Shown here one piece after another: positions 27,319 to 36,928 of a stretch of 64,000 nucleotides of DNA. The notes below the pieces were generated by a model, which ran no database searches, was not told the DNA's origin, and worked only from the letters and a program-made list of their open reading frames with translations. Both the position numbers and the translations under genes were made by a program. The stretch's first letter is position 1. Every line of letters begins with the position of its first letter. Source of the stretch: Paraphysomonas bandaiensis (taxonomy: Eukaryota > Protista > Chrysophyceae); assembly GCA_965644295.1 (NCBI GenBank), contig CBFFRP010000058.1:186001-250000 (forward strand), in the 5' to 3' direction.

Positions 27319-27565
27319 CTGTACGTTTCTGTCAACTTTTATCCACGCACTCGTTTTTCTGTAAAATGTGGAAGGTACCGTACTCAAGCCCGCACCATAA
27401 TGGTGTGGAACTATATAAGTGGTGATGATGAGTGACCAGTGGTATGTATGGTGTTGCTGGTGAGTAATAGATCCAGGGAGGTGGGTGTTGAAGGAGGAGC
27501 TCTCTCATCACAGCATGGTATCATACATACAGAACATAATAACAGCGAGAACATATCATAGTAGC

Positions 27566-28542
27566 ATGGAATCAACTACCACGGAATCAACTACCACGGA
27601 ATCAACTACCACGGAATCAACTACCACGGAATCAACTACCACAGGGGGCATTAGAAAAGTCGGTGATGGGGAAACCAAAAATCGTAACTCCTCTGCGTTA
27701 GCTCAGTTTGCGAAGTACTTGGAGATGCGGTTCGACGGGAAGAAGAGGTATAAGGAACTCATAGACAGTGATATAAATGTAGAACTATTTCAATGTTTCG
27801 GTGGCTTTTTGATCGATCACGCCGTCCATGGAACAACGAAGAAGCCTTTGACCCTAGGTACTGCTTGGCAGTATTTGTCAGACACGAAGACTGCGCTGAC
27901 GAAGCGATTTAAAAGAAATGAGTTATTAAGCAGCTCCAATGAGCTGTGGTACAAAGATGTGAGAGCGGCAGTATCAAAGCATATTATCAAGCGGTGTATC
28001 GCACAAGGAGTGCGTATATCAGAGAAAACAAGTCCAGTGGGGAAAGAACTAATGAAGCGCATAGGTGAATACATTATACATCGGGCATCTGATTTCTCCG
28101 GTAAGTGGACATACTTCACATATCTATGATTTACTGTATGCTAATAAACTTTATTTAGAAGTGAAGAAGTATTCATTGTACAATCTCTATTTGGTTTTCA
28201 CGTTTGCTGCTGTTGGTCGGGTGTCTGAAGCAATGTTTGCTTCGTATAATAATGCAATGTGGCACTGCGATGGATACTTAACGTTTGATTGGACAGAATT
28301 GAAGGTGGCTTCTATCAAAACAATGAACTTTTTTCCCGACTACTCTTGTCTAGAGACTTGTGTTTTCTTCGCTTATTCAATGTACTGGATGTCCTGTACT
28401 GCAGCAGATCTCAACGGTGACTTCGTCTTTCCAGATCTAGCATTGACTACATCAAGCGCTAGTCAATTTGTTTCTAAGCTACTAAAACAAATGATCGGGA
28501 AGGTACCTGGAGTTACAAAGGAAACAACAGGCAAGGGTCTTA
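27566..28542 (+). pseudogene. Truncated second copy of the tyrosine recombinase gene (5' part only)
   Basis: Translation is identical to the minus-strand copy up to TTGKGL, with an intron at 28101-28158, then fused to the arm's 3' sequence. Lacks the second catalytic Arg, the RGGW motif and the Tyr. Confidence 0.88.
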
Positions 28543-29273
28543 TCAAATCACTTCATACCATAATATACAGCCCTTCACAGTTCCTCTCCATACAGCCTTA
28601 TAAACCTCGTCCAGTAACTGCATATCTCATCTCACAGTTTCATGAAATAAGATGGTAGCAACATGTTATCACCTATCATTCAAGCACTCATTAACGTGTA
28701 TCTGCTGCATATGGCTGCCTCGTCATATTACTATATACATATACTCGATGCATGTGATATGATGCACTATGCTATGATGCACTCTGCTGATTGGATCACT
28801 CGATGGGCGCACTTGCTGTGCGGCCTTTGTGTAAAAACAAGGGTGCGGGATCCCGCACCTGCGGTGCGGGCTAAATAATTTTTCTCCCATTTTTACTATT
28901 TTTACCCTAAAAATACAGCATTCTATTGAGAAAAATTATTTAGCCCGCACCGCAGGTGCGGGATCCCGCACCCTTGTTTTTACACAAAGGCCGCACAGCA
29001 AGTGCGCCCATCGAGTGATCCAATCAGCAGAGTGCATCATAGCATAGTGCATCATATCACATGCATCGAGTATATGTATATAGTAATATGACGAGGCAGC
29101 CATATGCAGCAGATACACGTTAATGAGTGCTTGAATGATAGGTGATAACATGTTGCTACCATCTTATTTCATGAAACTGTGAGATGAGATATGCAGTTAC
29201 TGGACGAGGTTTATAAGGCTGTATGGAGAGGAACTGTGAAGGGCTGTATATTATGGTATGAAGTGATTTGATA
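28541..29273. repeat. Long inverted repeat (346-bp arms) with a 41-bp imperfect hairpin centre
   Basis: Identical 71-aa ORFs on both strands (28663+ and 29151-). The centre 28887-28927 contains TATTTTTA-CCC-TAAAAATA. Confidence 0.97.
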
Positions 29274-29425
29274 TGGATATCAATGATTGAATTCCAGGTG
29301 GGAGCATCATGCTCCCATCATCCTATTTAAAGTGTCAGGTATGTAGAGAGATGAGAAGTGGTACATTTGAAGGAATAGAAGGCTGTATATCATGCATGCA
29401 CTATGTTGTGTGATGGTATATGATA

Positions 29426-30358
29426 TGCTGAATGTTGTCATGGTTTATTATGCTGTTGTAGGCGCAATGACGTTTATACTTACCGGTGCAAGAGGGATGC
29501 CTAAGCGACACAAGCGCCCGGCTGCCCCTGTACCATCTTGCAGTGAATATGTGTCATGTTGTGTAAGGGTATGCAGTATGGCTGTATGTGATAAGAATTC
29601 TGAACGGTGTGGAATAATAAAATGCTGAAGGCTGTGATGGTTTATTATGCTGTTGTAGGCGCAATGACGTTTATACTTACCGGTGCAAGAGGGATGCCTA
29701 AGCGACACAAGCGCCCGGCTGCCCCTGTTCCATCTTGCAGTGAATATGTGTCATGTTGTGTAAGGGTATGCAGTATGGCTGTATGTGATAAGAATTCTGA
29801 ACGGTGTGGAATAATAAAATGCTGAACGCTGTGATGGTTGATTATACTGTTGTATGCTCTGTAAATAATGATACGATGTATTCCAATTACTAATGAATCA
29901 TTAATTATAAGGGTACAGTATAAAAAGTTGATGGAGTGGTTATAAATGAATACATATAGGCATTCTACAGATTACTAACATCAGACTGTGTCGAATAATA
30001 AAATGCTGCACGCTGTAATGGTTGATTATACTGTTGTATGCTCTGTAAATAATGATACGATGTATTCCAATTACTAATGAATCATTAATTATAAGGGTAC
30101 ATTATAAAAAGTTGATGGAGTGGTTATAAATGAATACATATAGGCATTCTACAGATTACTAACATCAGACTGTGTCGAATAATAAAATGCTGAACGCTGT
30201 AATGGTTGATTATACTGTTGTATGCTCTGTAAATAATGATACGATGTATTCCAATTACTAATGAATCATTAATTATAAGGGTACATTATAAAAAGTTGAT
30301 GGAGTGGTTATAAATGAATACATATATTGGCATTCTACAGATTACTAACATCAGACTG
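29426..30358. repeat. Internal tandem array: about 2 x 197 bp followed by about 3 x 184 bp units with a shared head
   Basis: The head AATAATAAAATGCTG recurs at 29613, 29810, 29994 and 30178. Confidence 0.93.
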
Positions 30359-30435
30359 AAGTTTCCTTTTCTTTGTCCTTGGAATAATGTTACCATCACT
30401 GTCCCTTCGTGCACTCATTGCATCATATATACTGT

Positions 30436-32578
30436 TTATGTATTTCTTAGAGGCTTTTTTTTGGGGTGAAACTTGTCGTAATTTTCCTGACCAAATAAAT
30501 CAACAATAACACGCAATTCAACCTTTTCAGCTATGCATTTTAAATTACTCTTCCATTCTCTGTACGAAGTAGACTGACTTGCCATACAGGGTTTCGGCTC
30601 ATCAAGAAAACGTTTCTCGTCATCGTACAATAGGCCGAGTCCTTTAGTCAATACTCGATTTAGTTTTTTCTGTTTGTTGACGTTGTCTACCATAGGGTAT
30701 CTCTTTCCTACAATTTCATGTAATTCATAATCAAAATAGTCAATAATAACTGTTGATAAGCATAATTTTTCGAGAGTTTTATATTGAATGAAGGATATAT
30801 GGGGCATGCGCTGCATGTTAACTCTCATGTATTGAAAAACATTTGTCGTAGTAGTGGATGGACCTTTGGAAGGTCCTTCAGTAATCGGAGGCAAGACTGT
30901 AGGCGATGTAGGTATCCGTGATACAGTCTCTGAAGTTGGTATAGTGGTATCCGTTGGAATATTTTTCAAGCCTTCTAGAATATCAGCCACAGCAGTGTCT
31001 AATTTCTTGTGCAGATCAGCTATTGCAATAGTTTGGGTGTCACACTTTCTATGAAGCTGTTGTATTTGGTCTCGAAGAATGCGATTCTCCTGGTAAATTT
31101 CGTCTACATTTCTTGTGTCTACAAAATTAAGGCGAAGCCATTCCTCCTCAATCGCAGCACTCCATTGCATTATGTCATTCCAAGTGAAATGGTGGCGCAT
31201 CATGTTGTGCTTGAATTTACAAACCACTGCATGTTGTGCCGTGTATTTAGAAACAAATGATGGTAACCTCATAAGGAATGTAGCAAACACAGAGAGTTTA
31301 AATTGAAATAGACAGCCATCAACCCCAAATTCTGGGTAAGTGAGTGGATAACATGTTTCGATTAACGCCATCACTTGTTCTCGGTTTCCATTGTTGATAA
31401 ATACACACTCGGGTGGATATATCTTATTCCTGGGATTAGAGTAGCCACTTAAAATTTTTCCACCCACAGCAATAGTGACATCTAGTCCCATGATATACTC
31501 AAAAATGCTGCACTCTCCGGAGAAGTCCCATCCTCCACGCATAATCGCATGGAAGATGCCGCCTGACTGACTACTGGCTATGTCAGTTGCAGCCCCGACT
31601 CTAAGACCCTTGCCTGTTGTTTCCTTTGTAACTCCAGGTACCTTCCCGATCATTTGTTTTAGTAGCTTAGAAACAAATTGACTAGCGCTTGATGTAGTCA
31701 ATGCTAGATCTGGAAAGACGAAGTCACCGTTGAGATCTGCTGCAGTACAGGACATCCAGTACATTGAATAAGCGAAGAAAACACAAGTCTCTAGACAAGA
31801 GTAGTCGGGAAAAAAGTTCATTGTTTTGATAGAAGCCACCTTCAATTCTGTCCAATCAAACGTTAAGTATCCATCGCAGTGCCACATTGCATTATTATAC
31901 GAAGCAAACATTGCTTCAGACACCCGACCAACAGCAGCAAACGTGAAAACCAAATAGAGATTGTACAATGAATACTTCTTCACTTCTAAATAAAGTTTAT
32001 TAGCATACAGTAAATCATAGATATGTGAAGTATGTCCACTTACCGGAGAAATCAGATGCCCGATGTATAATGTATTCACCTATGCGCTTCATTAGTTCTT
32101 TCCCCACTGGACTTGTTTTCTCTGATATACGCACTCCTTGTGCGATACACCGCTTGATAATATGCTTTGATACTGCCGCTCTCACATCTTTGTACCACAG
32201 CTCATTGGAGCTGCTTAATAACTCATTTCTTTTAAATCGCTTCGTCAGCGCAGTCTTCGTGTCTGACAAATACTGCCAAGCAGTACCTAGGGTCAAAGGC
32301 TTCTTCGTTGTTCCATGGACGGCGTGATCGATCAAAAAGCCACCGAAACATTGAAATAGTTCTACATTTATATCACTGTCTATGAGTTCCTTATACCTCT
32401 TCTTCCCGTCGAACCGCATCTCCAAGTACTTCGCAAACTGAGCTAACGCAGAGGAGTTACGATTTTTGGTTTCCCCATCACCGACTTTTCTAATGCCCCC
32501 TGTGGTAGTTGATTCCGTGGTAGTTGATTCCGTGGTAGTTGATTCCGTGGTAGTTGATTCCGTGGTAGTTGATTCCAT
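30436..32578 (-). CDS. Crypton-like tyrosine recombinase, 2 exons (intron 31986-32043)
   Basis: Catalytic-type motifs AVGRVSE (Arg I), KGLRVGAA (x-x-x-R), RGGW and IFEYI (Tyr). A 58-bp GTAAGT..TTTAG intron joins ORFs 32659 and 32079 in frame. N-terminal (ESTTT)5 and a coiled coil downstream. Confidence 0.85.
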
Positions 32579-32825
32579 GCTACTATGATATGTTCTCGCT
32601 GTTATTATGTTCTGTATGTATGATACCATGCTGTGATGAGAGAGCTCCTCCTTCAACACCCACCTCCCTGGATCTATTACTCACCAGCAACACCATACAT
32701 ACCACTGGTCACTCATCATCACCACTTATATAGTTCCACACCATTATGGTGCGGGCTTGAGTACGGTACCTTCCACATTTTACAGAAAAACGAGTGCGTG
32801 GATAAAAGTTGACAGAAACGTACAG

Positions 32826-33100
32826 TACATACATACAGTACATACATACATACATACATACATACATACATACATACATACATACATACATACATACATA
32901 CATACATACATACATACATACATACATACATACATACATACATACATACATACATACATACATACATACATACATACATACATACATACATACATACATA
33001 CATACATACATACATACATACATACATACATACATACATACATACATACATACATACATACATACATACATACATACATACATACATACATACATACATA
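32826..33100 (+). repeat. (CATA)n microsatellite, right flank of the palindromic element
   Basis: About 275 bp, same orientation as the left flank, with one TACAGTA interruption at 32834-32840. Confidence 0.98.
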
Positions 33101-33167
33101 ATCATTATTCAGTCCATACTATTACAGGGAGGAGTCAGATAAACTCCACCACTCTACGTGGGAACAC

Positions 33168-34205
33168 ATGGTGTTTTCGAAAAGCTTCTTTGGTAACTGG
33201 TGGGTACAGCGTACCTTCCGTGCTGGTCGTGTAGGTGTCCTAGCATTCACTATATACGGAACAGGTTACCGATCTGGTCTATCTGATTATGTGGTAAGTA
33301 ACACACACACTATATACTAATACACATAACATACACCTCTCCCTCAATTATAGGCTGATCCTGAGGGTATGGAAAGACATCTACTGCATACTGTAGTCTC
33401 CCAGTCAGGTGCATCAGGTGTACTGGATATGGACAATCAGTTGACTATACGCCTCAATAAAATCACTCAGCGTATTGTATCTGCTGCTAAAATACATTGT
33501 GAAGATGAGTTTAATAGGAATGAATCGGAAGATGAAAAGTCTCTTTGGCGTGCATCTTGTGCACGTATGGAGGGTGACTGGCAGTGTGCTGTAATCGAGT
33601 CACCTATACCCAATGCTTTTGTATCTAATCTTCTCCCGCGATGTGTCTTTGTACACGAAGGAATGTTTTCTGAAATTAATCCTACTGATGAGGAGCTTGC
33701 ACTAATTGTAGCTCACGAGGTTGCTCATCTTATCCACGACCATTCTCAGAATCAGTCTCTACTTGCCGGAGCACTTGCAGCCGTCCAGCTCATTTTTCTA
33801 GTGTTCATTGACCCTACCGGAACGGGGTTTTATTTTATTGATATTGCCGCAGCACGACTAAGTCATTTACTTAGTGCATCTTTTAGTAGAGATACGGAAA
33901 TGGAGGCAGATATGACTGGCCTGAAAATTGCAGCGAAGGCTTGTTTCGAAACTCGAGCGGCTGCAAGAGTATTTAAAAAATTTGCTGAGTTCAAGGGGCA
34001 TGGTGGATCAACAGCATCATGGGGGGACTCGCATCCAACAGACGCAGCTAGAGAAGAGTACCTAAAGGAAGCGAGCAAGGATCATAATCCTGAGGCTTAC
34101 AAGTCGACATGTAGAGAGATCGAATCATACTTGGAGACATTCCGACAGTTCATGTCTAGGAAACAAAAGGAGCGCATCCGACGTGATAGAGAAGCAGTTG
34201 CCTAA
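33168..34205 (+). CDS. Peptidase M48 (Oma1-like) metalloprotease, 2 exons
   Basis: PNAF, ELALIVAHEVAH (HExxH), FSRDTEMEAD and SHPTDAAR. An upstream exon MVFSKSFF...DYV splices to ADPEGMERH. Confidence 0.9.
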
Positions 34206-34828
34206 AGTTTTGTTAAGTACAATATGTAAAACCACTGCTGGTGTCTCTAGCTGTAGCAGTTTGATCATGTTATGTGTAGTATATAGAAACTACAGTCGTC
34301 AAGGTATGAACAATGTCCACGATGAGTATCCTTGAAACCATAAAAGGCCTAAAGCATTGCAACCCTTAGTTAAGCAGTTAGTGATTTAGAGTACAGTGTT
34401 TCCAGAGAAGGAGTGGTGCAAGTTGCAAGTGAACCGTCGTTCGATATATGATGTGAAACAAAGTAAACGTAATGTTCATTTCTATGTTGATATATAGATG
34501 TATAGGGCGTCTGTATTGTAGGTATGTATATGGTACGGCTGTATGGCTCAACACTTTAAATTTAAATCATGGGATTCTTAGCCTCCTAGAAATAATAACA
34601 TAATCCAATTTTCCATTTTTGGTTTAAACGCACATAGCTACGCCCCCTACGTCATACTGGTCTTTTCACTTTTACTCAAATGTTGGGCAATTAAGTAGAA
34701 AACAACTAAACTTAATAGGATTACATACTAAGAAACATATACTTCTATCTATTTTACACACATAGTATTCTATTTGATGTGAACTTGTAGGTGGAAAATG
34801 CCATCACATTCAAAAATGAATTTGTTAC

Positions 34829-35677
34829 TCAAATAGCTTTGATTATCATTTTTGGTAGAACTCCAGTTCCATCTTTTGGATTAGATGCACATGAGTGCTT
34901 CATAACTCCCTCCCATGGGATCCCCCCTGTTTTATTTTCGTCGAGATATGCAAACAGAGCCAATACCTGACAATTATCCAAATAACAGTTATTGAGGTCC
35001 AAGAAGTGGTGGAATTCCTTTTCATCCAACGACGAGCAGTCATCAAAATCGAAATAGTCAAATACCTTTCTTAGGCGTATGACCTGTTGAGATGAACTGC
35101 TGATGCGTTCAGACAACTTACTTTGCACTATATTTAGTAACCCTTGCGGTGTTTGACCACGCTTGCGTAGAAGCTTGATGCCATCCTCATATCGTCTAAT
35201 CATTTTTTCTTTGCTACCATATCGTGTTTCAACGAACATAGTGTCTCCTGGTCGTAAAGCTTCATTCGTATTGACTTTATCAATGGAGAGCTGATGCAAG
35301 TACTTGCACTTCGGTACAAAGGATGTGAAAGACCGATCGTTTTCTTTGGCTCGCACTGATTCATCACCTAATGACAGCGAGCTTCCACAAACCTCAACAG
35401 AACCAGGAACATGTCCAGTGTATCCTCTAACTCGTCCTTCTCGACGGAGTGTACCCGATTCTGGATATTCTTCACGGGGCTTATGACCAGTGTAACCCTG
35501 CGTTGATCTACCATGCTTAGTGCTTGGCCGTTCAATTTTCTCATGCCAGGGGTCATTCGGTAGCATAAGCTTGCTGCGATAATGTCGAGCACTGCGAAAA
35601 GTAGTGATGGACTGACGTCGAAGTGTTTCGATTCTAGGTAAGTGATCAATGGTTCGCCTTCTATACGAGTCAGTCAT
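34829..35677 (-). CDS. EF-hand protein with FAM166/CIMIP2-like GYTGH-x-P repeats (candidate ciliary microtubule inner protein)
   Basis: GYTGHKP and GYTGHVPG; EF loops DFDDCSSLDEKEF and DENKTGGIPWE. Confidence 0.72.
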   Translation of the reverse strand: MTDSYRRRTIDHLPRIETLRRQSITTFRSARHYRSKLMLPNDPWHEKIERPSTKHGRSTQGYTGHKPREEYPESGTLRREGRVRGYTGHVPGSVEVCGSSLSLGDESVRAKENDRSFTSFVPKCKYLHQLSIDKVNTNEALRPGDTMFVETRYGSKEKMIRRYEDGIKLLRKRGQTPQGLLNIVQSKLSERISSSSQQVIRLRKVFDYFDFDDCSSLDEKEFHHFLDLNNCYLDNCQVLALFAYLDENKTGGIPWEGVMKHSCASNPKDGTGVLPKMIIKAI

Positions 35678-36015
35678 AGTGCAAATAATGAACGGATCCG
35701 ATATCTCAAACCAACGTAAAAACTCAACCTCTGTAATTTAGTAACACGTAACGTATCGCTCGTAATGTTGGAAGTCTGCGTTAGAAGTCTGCGTTGATTA
35801 GCAAGTATGCAAGTTGCGGTTACGAAGTAACTATATCTAGGTATATAGCTTGTAGCTAGTAATCACTTTCCTTAATTGGTACAATTGCAAGTCTCAGCTG
35901 CTTAGCTAAGTCTCTTTTAAGCCACCAGCTATAGAAAGGTATGATACTATAGATTCCTTAACTGCCACCACACGCTCAACCCTACCCGAATCCAGGGTAT
36001 AGATGGGAATAATCC

Positions 36016-36070
36016 AGCCAATCAGATCGATTTATTACAACTATTAGCCAATCAAATCTCCTCTTTATAA
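36016..36070 (+). promoter_or_regulatory. Paired CCAAT boxes 30 bp apart followed by a TATA-like sequence
   Basis: AGCCAATCA at 36016 and 36046, and TTTATAA at about 36064, in a divergent intergenic region. Confidence 0.45.
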
Positions 36071-36928
36071 GCCAAAAAACCCTTTTTTGGGTAATAAGTC
36101 GTACTCCAGCATTTCTATACTACGTTAGTGGATAACACCGTGTGTCGAAACCCTGAAATATTGACCCCGTGGCTGATTACTGTAAAAATAAAGGTTTTCT
36201 GACAGCTTTTGTAAAATTTACACTTTAAAAATAGAAATAGCTGGATTTTAATAAAAACAGGGTAATTTTAGGAATCATTATTAAACTTTAATCAGAACTT
36301 ATCAACCACACAGCTGAACAACAGACGCAGACGAAACAAGTTGTCAAATAAGGAGAATAATAATGAAGAGCAATTCACCTTCTTTATACATCATACTGAA
36401 TTACTTATACAGAAAACCTGAAATTCATGCTAAACTGATGTGTATATTATTCTCATCTTAATATACATGTATGTATAGCATGTCAACAGATATCACCGTA
36501 TTATGGAATATAATACTGTAGGTATACTGCTGTACATTGTACGTACATTGTAGACTCTATGTACTGCTGTACGTACGGCGTACGAAGTACAATTCCTTCC
36601 CAAAACCCTGTATTTCTATATATAAAAATGGTTTTTTTTGTTAATGTTGAGGTTACCTATTGTAAAATTATGTATATGGAGAGTGTGTTGCTGTGTGTAT
36701 GTCAACAGAAGGGAATATATGGTATATTTACTAGTGCTGATGTCTATATGTATGTCTATATATGTGTATGTCTAGTAGATCATATTGAAGATTGAACCTG
36801 TAAACCATACATACACACATACATAGACATACTGCAACATACCTGCATTAATATACCCATCCATACATACATACCTCCATACCTACATATTCATATCAAC
36901 TCCCATTAATTCCATCAATATAGACATA

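Larger units (their letters stand above)
27319..32825. mobile_element. Palindromic tyrosine-recombinase (Crypton-like) element, 5507 bp, inserted at a TA in (CATA)n
   Basis: Outer inverted repeats 27319-28542 and 31602-32825 (1224 bp). Inner inverted repeats 28541-28886 and 28928-29273 (346 bp). Termini 5'-CTGTACGTTTCTGTCAAC, each flanked by TA. Contains a YR gene. Confidence 0.88.

Noticed and set aside
26722-27435. Long ORFs reading (MYVC)n or (HTYI)n, also at 3052-3499 and 32709-33234
   Set aside because: Translations of stop-free (CATA)n microsatellites, not genes.
28663-29151. Twin 71-aa ORFs on opposite strands, and the 72-86-aa ORFs in the tandem array
   Set aside because: By-products of the inverted and tandem repeats, with no recognisable domains.
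29426-30358. CRISPR-like appearance (constant head plus bodies)
   Set aside because: The bodies are themselves duplicated and 140-150 bp long, there are no cas genes, and the context is eukaryotic.
27319-32825. Classification as a DIRS retroelement, Helitron or Polinton
   Set aside because: No RT/RNaseH, HUH-Rep/helicase, pPolB or DDE integrase ORF is visible; only a YR is encoded.
35770-35830. Short direct repeat GAAGTCTGCGTT x2 and X-box-like sequence upstream of the ciliary candidate
   Set aside because: Weak match; RFX regulation is not expected in the inferred lineage, and the repeat is too short to support a call.
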